Shown: positions 9,295 to 18,425 of the stretch, piece after piece
Numbering within the stretch: position 1 is the first letter of the stretch
How the letters are laid out: each line of letters starts with the position of its first letter
Assembly: GCA_965267575.1 (NCBI GenBank)
Contig: OZ254086.1
Location: forward strand, 1,312,001 to 1,376,000
Source: Calditrichales bacterium
GTDB taxonomy: Bacteria > Calditrichota > Calditrichia > Calditrichales > J004
DNA: 64,000 nucleotides
Reading direction: 5' to 3'
Program-made: the position numbers and the translations under genes
The notes under the pieces: model-generated
What the model was told of the DNA's origin: nothing
The model's database searches: none
What the model saw: only the letters and a program-made list of their open reading frames with translations

Positions 9295-10822
9295 TCTGCT
9301 TTTCCTGATGCTGACCGGCGCCTCGCTAAAGTCTCAGGTAGTACATACAAAATATTTTGATCGTTTTAGTCACTATTCCATTGATGACTGGATCACCTAC
9401 GCCTATGCCAATCATATTACCTCGATTGACGTCGGATCGGATTATGTCTATTTCGGTACAACGCAGGGCGGCATTCTGCGCTTCGATGTTTTTGATCAGA
9501 GCTGGGATTTTCCTTTCACCGTAAGCAGCGGCTTGAGGAGTAACACCATTCTACGGCTAAGCTATGACCCGCTTTCCGACCAGCTTTACGCGCAAACACC
9601 CGAGGGCATAGACGTTTACAACAAGGCTTTCCGTTACTGGGAGAGGGCCGCAATAAGCGAACTGCCGCGGCAACGCACACCGCAGAATTTCCAGCGTGGC
9701 AATGACTTCCGTTATCCGCCGTACAGCCGTCCCGGCCTGGATATTCTAAACAATTTCTTTACGGACGGGCAGTACGATTACCTTCCTCGCGGTACGGTAA
9801 TTTCTCCAGACAATTACCGCTACGAAGTTACCGACATGGTTGTCGACTTTCGTAACACGTTGTGGATCGGAACAAGCGGGGCTGGGATCGGCAATGTGGA
9901 TCTGGACGGCCTGACCATGCATTTTGAGCCGAGGTCGGTTGCCGCAATCAGCCCGAGTGATCTATTGTTTGACGGTGATTATGTCTGGATAGCCGGGGAT
10001 CCTCTCCGCCGCCCGGAAGCCGCCATAACCCGCTGGGATTCTTATGAAAATAGCTGGCAATATTTCCGTGAAGGTATTTACGCTTCGATTATTTCGCTGC
10101 GGATAAATACGATCGAGTGGTTTAACGGAAACGTGTTTTTCGGAAGTGATCGCGGACTGTTTTATTTCAACACCCAAAAAGGCTCCTGGCAAAGGCTGCG
10201 CAACGAATTTGTGGGCGATGATTTCATTTTTGATTTACAGGCAATGGACTCCGTGCTTTTTGCGGCAACGGAATCAGGCTTGCTCAAAATTTCAAAAAGC
10301 CTGGATTTTGCCACAGAAGTATCTCCTAAATTGCTGCGCCATAGCTCTGTCTATCATCTTGCTTCGGCGGGCGGGGAAGTTTACCTGGCAACCGATCGTG
10401 GTCTTTTTGTTTTGGATTCCGTCTCTGCCGGAGCCCGTTTTTTGGCCACAGGCAGCGCGGTAAGTGATCTCTTTCTAACAGCCGTCGGTGTTCAGAATGA
10501 TACGGTCTGGTTTGCGGGAAGCGGGGGTGTGGCCATGGGTATTCCGGGCCAGCGCGACTGGCGTTCATTTCCCGGAGTACGGTTGTCTGTTACGTCCCGC
10601 ATAAATGATATTGCTTTCAGCGGGGAGAATGTCTGGTTTGCCAGCAACAGCGGCCTGATCAAGTATGATAAAGGGCGCGACTACTGGTATCTTTATACCG
10701 AGCAGGACGGCCTGCCTTCGCCGGAAATACGAAAAATCGATGTAGCCGGTGATGACCTTTGGCTTTCCACCGCCGGCGGTATTACTGTCTTTCGCTGGAA
10801 TGAGCCGGGCAGGGAAGAATAA
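9266..10822 (+). CDS. Secreted beta-propeller (Reg_prop-like repeat) protein
   Basis: Signal peptide; repeated LWIGT/VYFGT/VWFAS..GL and DGLPS blades; no signalling output domain. Confidence 0.7.
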   Translation: MSVYKRILVSLLFLMLTGASLKSQVVHTKYFDRFSHYSIDDWITYAYANHITSIDVGSDYVYFGTTQGGILRFDVFDQSWDFPFTVSSGLRSNTILRLSYDPLSDQLYAQTPEGIDVYNKAFRYWERAAISELPRQRTPQNFQRGNDFRYPPYSRPGLDILNNFFTDGQYDYLPRGTVISPDNYRYEVTDMVVDFRNTLWIGTSGAGIGNVDLDGLTMHFEPRSVAAISPSDLLFDGDYVWIAGDPLRRPEAAITRWDSYENSWQYFREGIYASIISLRINTIEWFNGNVFFGSDRGLFYFNTQKGSWQRLRNEFVGDDFIFDLQAMDSVLFAATESGLLKISKSLDFATEVSPKLLRHSSVYHLASAGGEVYLATDRGLFVLDSVSAGARFLATGSAVSDLFLTAVGVQNDTVWFAGSGGVAMGIPGQRDWRSFPGVRLSVTSRINDIAFSGENVWFASNSGLIKYDKGRDYWYLYTEQDGLPSPEIRKIDVAGDDLWLSTAGGITVFRWNEPGREE

Positions 10823-10847
10823 AAAAAAGGCGTCATTAAGACGCCTT
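10821..10847. terminator. Rho-independent terminator between convergent genes
   Basis: AAGGCGTC-ATTAA-GACGCCTT hairpin; A8 on + gives a U-tract after the minus-strand citrate synthase. Confidence 0.75.
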
Positions 10848-12143
10848 CTTTGCAATTTCTTCAAGCATGCTGGTCGTAAGTGATTTCGGCCGCTCAAGTG
10901 CCTGGCCCACTGCACGATCCCAAATGATATTACTAAGCACGCCTATCGCACGGCCCACACCAAACATGACCGTGTAGAAGTCATATTCGCGCACGCCATA
11001 GTGCCACTGTATTACACCGGAATGGGCATCCACATTCGGCCAGGGGTTTTTGGCCTTACCCTGTTCACGCAAGATATCCGGCACTACGTCATAGAGCATG
11101 CTTACGACTTTGAACAGATCGTCGTCTTTAAGATGCTTGAGGGAAAATTCCCGTTGTGCCGTGTAACGCGGATCGGTTTTACGCAGAACGGCGTGTCCGT
11201 AGCCCGGTATAACCTGTCCTGAATTAAGCGTATCCCATACAAACTTGCTCAGCTCATCTTTGGACGGAATCTTGTTGTCCATTTTGTGCATCAGGCTCTG
11301 AACCCAGCGCAATACTTCCTGATTGGCCAAACCATGAAGAGGCCCTGCCAGACCGTTCAATCCTGCGCTGAAAGCATAATATGCATCGGACAAAGCGGAG
11401 GCGACCAGGTGCGTGGTATGGGCGCTTACGTTACCGCTTTCGTGATCGCTGTGCAGAATAAAATAGAGCCGCGCTACTTCATCATAGGGATGGCCAATAC
11501 CCATCATATGAGCAAAGTTAGCACCGAAATCGAGATCGTTATTCGGTGCAATCGGCGTGTCGGCTTTATATTTCATCCGGTAAATATAGGCGGCAATGTG
11601 CGGCAGTTTTGCCAGCAGGTTAATGGAATCTTCGTACATCGGATCCCAGTAGTCCATTTTGCTCATGCCTTCTTCGTAGCGCTTTACAAAAACAGATTCT
11701 CTTTGCATGGCTACGATCGCCGCGGAAAACATACTCATCGGATGCGAATCGCGTGGCATCGTTCTTAATAAATCAAAAACGTACTGCGGCACCTTGCTTC
11801 TGGAGCGGAACTCTTCAACAACATCTTTGATGTCGTCTTTCGTTGGAATTTCGCCGGTGAGCAACAGATAGAAATGGCCTTCCACGAAGGGCATTTCCGC
11901 ACCATTGGCTTTGGGCAGCTTTGCAAGGCATTCCGGTATCGTATAGCCGCGGAAGCGGATACCTTCGTTCGGATCAAGATAAGAAATGTCGGTCGTTAGC
12001 GACTTTATGCCACGCATACCGCCATAGATTTGCGAAATACGGACCTGATCGACTACAACATCACCATGCTCCTTGAGCAGCTTCTGAATACGCTCGCGGT
12101 ATTCAGGCAGCTTTTCCTGAAGTTTTTGTTTAAGCCGGGACAT
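10836..12143 (-). CDS. gltA: Citrate (Si)-synthase, eukaryote-like type
   Basis: HSDHESGNVSAH, GLAGPLHGLANQEV, PGYGHAVLRKTDPRY, NPWPNVDAHSGV, ERPKS. Confidence 0.95.
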   Translation of the reverse strand: MSRLKQKLQEKLPEYRERIQKLLKEHGDVVVDQVRISQIYGGMRGIKSLTTDISYLDPNEGIRFRGYTIPECLAKLPKANGAEMPFVEGHFYLLLTGEIPTKDDIKDVVEEFRSRSKVPQYVFDLLRTMPRDSHPMSMFSAAIVAMQRESVFVKRYEEGMSKMDYWDPMYEDSINLLAKLPHIAAYIYRMKYKADTPIAPNNDLDFGANFAHMMGIGHPYDEVARLYFILHSDHESGNVSAHTTHLVASALSDAYYAFSAGLNGLAGPLHGLANQEVLRWVQSLMHKMDNKIPSKDELSKFVWDTLNSGQVIPGYGHAVLRKTDPRYTAQREFSLKHLKDDDLFKVVSMLYDVVPDILREQGKAKNPWPNVDAHSGVIQWHYGVREYDFYTVMFGVGRAIGVLSNIIWDRAVGQALERPKSLTTSMLEEIAKKAS

Positions 12144-12170
12144 TGTTACATCCTTTCCTTTAAGCTGTGA

Positions 12171-12443
12171 TTAATTATGTTTTTGCGGAGCCTTTGGTTT
12201 TTCTTTCTTTTCGCCTTTGTCAGTTTTCTCTGCCGTATCGCTCTTTTTTGATTGGGACTTATTACCTTTATAGTCTGTGATGTAAAAGCCGGACCCTTTA
12301 AACAAAAGCCCAGCACCGCCTCCAATCTTACGCTCCACTTTTCCGCCACACTCCGGACAGACGGAAAGCGGATCATCAGTCATCTTCTGAAAGGCTTCAA
12401 AGTTATGGGCACACTCCTTACAAATATAATCATAAGTTGGCAT
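12171..12443 (-). CDS. FmdB-family zinc-ribbon regulatory protein
   Basis: MPTYDYICKEC...CPECGG...FKGSGFYITDY; GGAG RBS upstream of 12443. Confidence 0.9.
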   Translation of the reverse strand: MPTYDYICKECAHNFEAFQKMTDDPLSVCPECGGKVERKIGGGAGLLFKGSGFYITDYKGNKSQSKKSDTAEKTDKGEKKEKPKAPQKHN

Positions 12444-12463
12444 AAATAAATATCTCCGGTGAT

Positions 12464-13441
12464 TTAATTTGATAATACACTGCAAATAGCGGCCACACTG
12501 ACGATATCGTCGGTGCTGCATCCGCGCGAAAGATCGTTAAATGGTTTCGCCAATCCCTGAATTACCGGGCCTATGGCTTCAGCGCCGGCCAGACGTTGTG
12601 TAATTTTATAACCAATATTTCCTGCATCCAGGTCCGGGAAAATATATACATTGGCTTTTCCGGCCACGGGACTATCCGCTGCCTTGCGTTTGCCAACGCT
12701 TTCCAGAAGGGCTGTATCAAACTGCAAATCCCCGTCAATGTTTAGTGCCGGTTGCTGCTCTTTGGCCATTTTTGTGGCCTGTACAACTTTGTCCACATGC
12801 GGGTGATCCGCGCTGCCTTTACTGGAAAAGGAAAGCATGGCCACATTGGGGGTCTGCCCGGTTAGCCGTAAATGCGTTTGTGCCGTGCTAAGCGCTATGC
12901 CGGCAAGCTGTTCAACATCAGGGTCGGGTATTACGGCGCAATCGCCATAGGTAAAAATTCTGCCGTCCTTTAAAACCATAACGAAGCTGCTGGAAACAGC
13001 CTTTATGCCCGGTGCCATACGGATCACCTGGATGGCCGCCCGCAATACATCTCCCGTTGTACTGACCGATCCGGCTACACCGCCATCGGCTCTGCCGCTG
13101 CGCACAAGAAATGCGCCATAAAACAGATTGTTATATAAAATGTCGGCTGCTTGTTCCGGCGTCATGCCTTTGTGTTTTCTCAACGCAACGAGCTCGTCAA
13201 TATAAGCTTGCCTGTCCGAATCCGTATGGGGATTAATAATCTCGATTCCGGCCAGATCAACCTTCAGGGCACCGGCACTCCGGGCAATTTCTTCGGGTAT
13301 ACCAACCAGCAGTGGTGTCGCGATTTTTTCCCTTTTAAGAATCTCTGCCGCCTTTAAAACCCGCTCATCGCCGCTTTCCGGTAATACAATCTTTTTGTTA
13401 AGCAACGCCGCGTTGCTGCGGACCTGTTCTATAAAATTCAT
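12464..13441 (-). CDS. pta: Phosphate acetyltransferase (short form)
   Basis: IVLPESGDERVL, DCAVIPDP, AMLSFSSKGS, DGDLQFD, FPDLDAGNIGYK, NDLSRG. Confidence 0.95.
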   Translation of the reverse strand: MNFIEQVRSNAALLNKKIVLPESGDERVLKAAEILKREKIATPLLVGIPEEIARSAGALKVDLAGIEIINPHTDSDRQAYIDELVALRKHKGMTPEQAADILYNNLFYGAFLVRSGRADGGVAGSVSTTGDVLRAAIQVIRMAPGIKAVSSSFVMVLKDGRIFTYGDCAVIPDPDVEQLAGIALSTAQTHLRLTGQTPNVAMLSFSSKGSADHPHVDKVVQATKMAKEQQPALNIDGDLQFDTALLESVGKRKAADSPVAGKANVYIFPDLDAGNIGYKITQRLAGAEAIGPVIQGLAKPFNDLSRGCSTDDIVSVAAICSVLSN

Positions 13442-13926
13442 TTTACTTCCAACTTCTCTTTTAATTTTTGCGCTACATGCGCTGTTACAAAACTATCTAC
13501 ATTCCCGCCAAATTTAGCAACATCTTTTACGATTGTCGAGTTCAGATAAGTATATTTTTCATTGGGCATCAGAAAAACAGTCGTTATCTCATTGGCCAGC
13601 TTTCTGTTCATCAGGGCCATCTGGAATTCGTATTCAAAATCGGTTACGGCGCGCAACCCACGGATTAAAACCAGCGCGTTTTTGCTTTGCGCAAAGTCCA
13701 CCAGCAGGCCATCGAAAGAGCTGACGCTTACATTATCAAAACCATTGATCGCGTCTTTAATCATCTCTATCCGCTCGTCAATCGTAAACAAAGGTTTTTT
13801 GGATTGGTTTTTAGCGATCGTAACGATCACCTGGCCAAAAATATGGCGGGCTCTTTCAATTATATCTATATGGCCCCGCGTTATCGGGTCAAAAGTCCCG
13901 GGATATATGGCAATATTTTTTCGCAT
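13438..13926 (-). CDS. coaD: Phosphopantetheine adenylyltransferase
   Basis: YPGTFDPITRGH, RGLRAVTDFEYE. Confidence 0.97.
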   Translation of the reverse strand: MRKNIAIYPGTFDPITRGHIDIIERARHIFGQVIVTIAKNQSKKPLFTIDERIEMIKDAINGFDNVSVSSFDGLLVDFAQSKNALVLIRGLRAVTDFEYEFQMALMNRKLANEITTVFLMPNEKYTYLNSTIVKDVAKFGGNVDSFVTAHVAQKLKEKLEVK

Positions 13927-14477
13927 TAGCGCATCCTTTTTTCAATAAAAGATACAAAGCTTCTGCCCATTTTCTTTTGCTTAAATATATTATACGCGGG
14001 ATCGGATTGCGGCAAGGGATTTATTACTTCGTGCTCAACAACCAGAAGATCACCCGCCCGAAAAATTTCCGATGTACAATAATTGCGGACCAATGTAGGT
14101 AAGGTGGGATAGTGAAAGGGCGGGTCCATGAACGTAACCTCAAACGGTCGTTCACGTTTTTCTGCAAAGGATTCCGTTGTAAGGCTGAGTATGGAAAAAA
14201 GTGAAGGGGCTATTTCAAGTTGCTGCAAATTCTTTTTCAAAACAGCGATAGACGTTTCGCTCTTTTCAACGAACGTTACGTGGCCGGCACCTCGGCTTAA
14301 GGCCTCAATCCCCAGGCTGCCGCTGCCGGCGAAACAATCCGCCACACTTTTAGAGGAAACAAAATCCTGCAGAATAGAAAAGATATATTCCTTAACACGA
14401 TCGGTGGTGGGCCTTATGGAAAGGTCTTTTCCGGCACCAAGCTTTCTGCCCTTGAATTTTCCCGATATCACCCTCAT
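13926..14477 (-). CDS. rsmD: 16S rRNA m2G966 methyltransferase
   Basis: MRVISGKFKGRKL, RPTTDRVKE, FAGSGSLGIEALSRGA, DPPF. Confidence 0.95.
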   Translation of the reverse strand: MRVISGKFKGRKLGAGKDLSIRPTTDRVKEYIFSILQDFVSSKSVADCFAGSGSLGIEALSRGAGHVTFVEKSETSIAVLKKNLQQLEIAPSLFSILSLTTESFAEKRERPFEVTFMDPPFHYPTLPTLVRNYCTSEIFRAGDLLVVEHEVINPLPQSDPAYNIFKQKKMGRSFVSFIEKRMR

Positions 14478-14482
14478 CGCTT

Positions 14483-15694
14483 TTAAACAAATACTTCGAG
14501 AACAAAAGAAAGCCTGTAATTAGCATCTTTGTAGGTGCTCTGATTGGTTGAGCTCAGGCTCATCTTGTAAATGCTGAAATGTACGCCCTCACCGGAAATC
14601 TGGTTAATCAAAGCCTGGCAAGCGCTTAGGGAACCAACAAACTGGCCTGTTACATGAAACTTCTGAAATTCATTTTGCTTGGTGATATACTGGTTCTCAA
14701 GTCCGCGCAGTTGCGCCCCCCGCGATTGTGATATCGATTTCAGCCAGTCTTCGGCTTCCTTGATCGTGCTGAAACGCAGTTCAGGGTTTTGCGCACTGGC
14801 AGAGGATCCGCCCGCACCTGCCAGGTTTCCTTTAAAGACATTCAGGATGCCGTTGCCGGGCCGGTCGGTGGAAGAAACAACTTCAACAGACATTTTGTCT
14901 TTAATGGCCATATTAAAGCGGGCCAGGTCTGCGCGATCGTCTCCGTAAACTTCAAACAGAAACTCATCACCGTAAATATGCAGAATAGAGAGTCGTGCGG
15001 AATTGTTGTTAAGCAGTGAAAGCACGTTGCCAACAGAGGCCTGGGTCTGCTGCGAGCGGCTGTTCAGGCTTCCCAGGAAAGCCCGCTTTTGCTGCAGAAG
15101 CTGTTGCTGCTGCTGTTGCTCTGCGGTCAGCGCCTGCTCGTCGGTCTGCTCGGTTTGGGCCTGTTGTTCTTCACCGTTGCCAAGAAAGAAATAATCGATG
15201 GCAAAATAGGCCGAAACCAAAACTACGAGGGCGATCGCCGCAATCAGAATGGGCTTGTAGTTCGGGGAATCCTGTTTTTCGTCCTGATACTCTTCGGTTT
15301 CCGGCCCTGGCTGCTTTTCTTCTCTGTGAGTTTCAGGTTCAACTTCTGTAAATGATGGTGCGGCTGTTTTTTCAAAGGTGTCCAGCTCTTCGGAAAAAGA
15401 TTCGTCCTCTTCGTCTTCAAAATCCTCTATTTCAGGCTCAAAGGTCTCTTCTTCATCAGCCAGAAGGTCATCCGGCTCTTCATGCGCTTCATCTTCGGAA
15501 AGCAATTCTTCATCTTCAACGGAGGTTATATCAAGAAGATCTTCGTCCTCTTCAACGGACCGTTTTTCTTCCTGGAATTCTTCCTCTTGCTTAGCGGATT
15601 CCTGATCCTTTTTTTCCTTTTTTTCTTCACGACCGAAGATATCATCATCTTCTTTAAAAATGTCGTCGTCTTCCAGCAGATTATATTTTGCCAT
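14483..15694 (-). CDS. Membrane protein with acidic N-terminal tail and PilN-like plus PilO-like periplasmic domains
   Basis: N-terminal YNLL motif, about 140 aa D/E-rich region, one TM, Q-rich coil, two ferredoxin-like segments resembling PilN and PilO. Confidence 0.6.
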   Translation of the reverse strand: MAKYNLLEDDDIFKEDDDIFGREEKKEKKDQESAKQEEEFQEEKRSVEEDEDLLDITSVEDEELLSEDEAHEEPDDLLADEEETFEPEIEDFEDEEDESFSEELDTFEKTAAPSFTEVEPETHREEKQPGPETEEYQDEKQDSPNYKPILIAAIALVVLVSAYFAIDYFFLGNGEEQQAQTEQTDEQALTAEQQQQQQLLQQKRAFLGSLNSRSQQTQASVGNVLSLLNNNSARLSILHIYGDEFLFEVYGDDRADLARFNMAIKDKMSVEVVSSTDRPGNGILNVFKGNLAGAGGSSASAQNPELRFSTIKEAEDWLKSISQSRGAQLRGLENQYITKQNEFQKFHVTGQFVGSLSACQALINQISGEGVHFSIYKMSLSSTNQSTYKDANYRLSFVLEVFV

Positions 15695-15717
15695 AACTCC
15701 TCCCAGATCGGAATCAA

Positions 15718-16614
15718 TTAAAGGATCGAACCATAGGCTTCGAGATACTTAAAGGCATCTCTTCCGGGAAGCTCATTCAGCCTGGCCTTGCTCACCGGCG
15801 AAGATATCCCGGATACGATCGTATCAAAATCCTTGTTTGTTAGAGCGCTGCCAAATACAATTATATTAATAGTTGGTGTATTTACAAAAGGCAATTGTGC
15901 CGTAAGCTGAGAAATCTGTTTATAGCGCTCACGTGTCAGATCGGAAATATTTTGCAAACGGCTCTTGTCCGCAGTCGGTGCAATTGAATCCACATAGGAT
16001 GAATAATAATTTCCCGAAAAAAAGATGTGGTGTTCCAGGTAATATTCTCCCAGCTTAATCACGATAAAATTATCACCCGGCTTTAGTTCCTTCTCGCGCA
16101 AAAGATAGTTTTCCAGCGAAAAACAGTTTATTAAAATGCCCTGTAATTGCGATTGTGTGTTGTCCGCCATTTCCTTTAAAGTCTTTAACATGCTTTTGCT
16201 AATGGCAACAACCGTTGCTTCCGAAATTGCCTTGTCTCGTTCTATCTGCTTTAAAACCGATACCCTGTACTTGTCTATTTCCTCCGGCAAACTGTGCGAA
16301 AACTCCCATGCTATGTGCTGGCGAATTTCCTCTTTTGTTTCATCCGAGGGATAAATAACGTTTTTAGTGTATGCCTGGTTAAAGGGCAGGGCAACGATAA
16401 TACCGTTTTCCGTGATACCGCTTTCCTGCTTTAAGGCCGAGATGGCGTCCGCTATCTGCCGAATATTTGCTTCGTTAAAAAGCATATCCGGACGGTAGTC
16501 ATCTTTATAAAGATGCTCTTCGGCCTTTACGATATGACAGGACGAATCGTCGGTCTGAGCGTAAACGAGCTGAAATGCGCGGTCTGACAGTGATAAGCTG
16601 ATAACGTGATCCAT
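15718..16614 (-). CDS. PilM-like actin-fold protein with degenerate nucleotide-binding motifs
   Basis: GIIVALP, EIRQHIAWEFSHSLP, VVAISKSML, SLEN and FIVIKLG follow the PilM pattern; the DxG phosphate motifs are not conserved. Confidence 0.65.
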   Translation of the reverse strand: MDHVISLSLSDRAFQLVYAQTDDSSCHIVKAEEHLYKDDYRPDMLFNEANIRQIADAISALKQESGITENGIIVALPFNQAYTKNVIYPSDETKEEIRQHIAWEFSHSLPEEIDKYRVSVLKQIERDKAISEATVVAISKSMLKTLKEMADNTQSQLQGILINCFSLENYLLREKELKPGDNFIVIKLGEYYLEHHIFFSGNYYSSYVDSIAPTADKSRLQNISDLTRERYKQISQLTAQLPFVNTPTINIIVFGSALTNKDFDTIVSGISSPVSKARLNELPGRDAFKYLEAYGSIL

Positions 16615-16616
16615 AG

Positions 16617-16649
16617 AAAAAATATACGGCCACCCATGGGTGACCGTAT
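16617..16649 (-). terminator. Intrinsic terminator/attenuator after the 565-aa gene
   Basis: Minus strand ATACGGTCACCC-AT-GGGTGGCCGTAT followed by ATTTTTT. Confidence 0.7.
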
Positions 16650-16665
16650 TTCGCTTTAAACAGGC

Positions 16666-18363
16666 TTACTGGTTGTTTTCTTTTTCTTCCCAGCTTTTGG
16701 TGTTTTTATGAACATAGCCCATATTTTGAATGGTCTTTTTAAATACGCCCATTACCGTAATCTTTTTACCTTCTTCGGCAAAACGGAAAGCATCTTCCAG
16801 CTGCGCCTGAAGAGATTTAAATTTTTCTGTTGAAACCGCTCCGGAAGGCTGTTTGATATCAGCCAGCAGCGTTTCCAGCTGCTCTTTTTCCGCATCAAAC
16901 GGCTCTACTCCCCGCGGAAGCCTTCTCAGGTCAGCCAGCAGTCCGTTAAAGTCGGTCAGATCGTTTTGAATACCGGTATGTAATGAATCGATGTTGTCAA
17001 AAAGATTACCGCCATAAAGCTGTTCAAAAATGATAATGGAATTGCGCGCATTTTCAACCGCCTTTTCCAACTCACTGAAACTATTTGAATTATTATAGAC
17101 GTTTACAAAATTGCGCAGGTCGGCAGCCGCAGTATACTCGCTGCTTTGCAGAAACTTATTGATCTTCTCTTCGATCTCTTTGTTTTTCACGGTAATTTCT
17201 ATATTACGGCGCAATTCGCCTTTGATATCCAAACCTTTTTGGTAGATCGCTTCCAGCGTATCGTGATAGGTGAAAAACGCGTTTAAAAAACCGAATCCGG
17301 TTACTTCATCCACAACAGGCTTTACTTTTTCTTTAAGGTCATCCAGCAGTAACGGACTTTCCACTTTTACATCTTTACCGTCCTCATCAATTTCAATCAA
17401 ATACAACTTACCGCTAACAGGGCTGGAGAACTTTTCCTTTGTCAAGGTCAGGATCATGGAATCGCTTTCCGAAAGGCGATACATAGCGCTGCGACTCGTT
17501 ACAATAAAATCGGCCAGAAACTGCTGGTACGTTTTTTCCAGAGATTCTCTTAATTCTTCTGCCCGGGAAAGATCTTCCGTACTGTTAGCCTTCTTGATCG
17601 TTTGCAGGCCGGACGTTACATCTGCAGCAAAATCCTTGATGCGGTCTGCCACACTGGTAAACTGACTTACCTCTGAGTTGTCTACGCGATCATTAAACGC
17701 AGCCAGACGGTTATCCAGTGTTGTCCATTCGCTTTCAAAATTCGTCCAGTTTACCGACGGCAAATAAGGATTGAGATGGGTTACGTTGTCTTTAGCCCGG
17801 GAAGCAGCTGTTTGCAGATTGTAATCTGACAGGTCGCGGCGAAGCTGATGCAGTGAATCCAATGAGTGAACGGCTACGGCCAGATTGGGATAGGCCACGT
17901 CGTTTTCAAACTCTGAAAGCTGGAGACGTAACTCACTGGCTTCATTGAGAATAGATTCATCCGCCCGGAAATATCGCTCGTTTGCTTCCAGGTCGTCTTT
18001 AATGTTATCGATATTTTGATATACCTTCACAAAACCATCTATCGTTGGGATGGAAAGATAATTATCTATTTGATTCATAAGCTGGATCGTGTAGTCGACG
18101 ATTTTTTGATTTTGATGTATGGCGGAATCGTTTTTAACGACCTGCAGCAGAGTATCAATGTCCGTGGTAAAAGAGCCGGTTAAACGGGAAAAATATTTTT
18201 CTGCTTCGTAGATGCTGGACATGTTATATCGGGATTGCTCTTGTTCCAATGCTTCTTCTTCCCAGATACTGTCCGGAATTTTGATTACGGCGATAAGAGC
18301 TCCAATTAAAACTACGATCAATATTTTATATAAAATGGAACCCTTTCCAGAAGACCTAGCCAT
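16666..18363 (-). CDS. Large N-terminally anchored pilin-like protein with two helical inserts
   Basis: Short basic leader and TM; SRYNMSSIYEAEKYFSRLTGSFTTDIDTL resembles the pilin alpha1-C segment; GGAGG RBS. The ORF is clear, the function uncertain. Confidence 0.55.
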   Translation of the reverse strand: MARSSGKGSILYKILIVVLIGALIAVIKIPDSIWEEEALEQEQSRYNMSSIYEAEKYFSRLTGSFTTDIDTLLQVVKNDSAIHQNQKIVDYTIQLMNQIDNYLSIPTIDGFVKVYQNIDNIKDDLEANERYFRADESILNEASELRLQLSEFENDVAYPNLAVAVHSLDSLHQLRRDLSDYNLQTAASRAKDNVTHLNPYLPSVNWTNFESEWTTLDNRLAAFNDRVDNSEVSQFTSVADRIKDFAADVTSGLQTIKKANSTEDLSRAEELRESLEKTYQQFLADFIVTSRSAMYRLSESDSMILTLTKEKFSSPVSGKLYLIEIDEDGKDVKVESPLLLDDLKEKVKPVVDEVTGFGFLNAFFTYHDTLEAIYQKGLDIKGELRRNIEITVKNKEIEEKINKFLQSSEYTAAADLRNFVNVYNNSNSFSELEKAVENARNSIIIFEQLYGGNLFDNIDSLHTGIQNDLTDFNGLLADLRRLPRGVEPFDAEKEQLETLLADIKQPSGAVSTEKFKSLQAQLEDAFRFAEEGKKITVMGVFKKTIQNMGYVHKNTKSWEEKENNQ

Positions 18364-18425
18364 CCTACCTCCAAAAACTTAGGTGTGAGCAAAAAGTGGA
18401 ATCTATATAAAGTATTAGGGAAATT

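Noticed and set aside
15100-15170. CTG/TTG-rich low-complexity repeat
   Set aside because: It encodes the poly-Q coil of the 403-aa protein; it is not a CRISPR array or an independent repeat.
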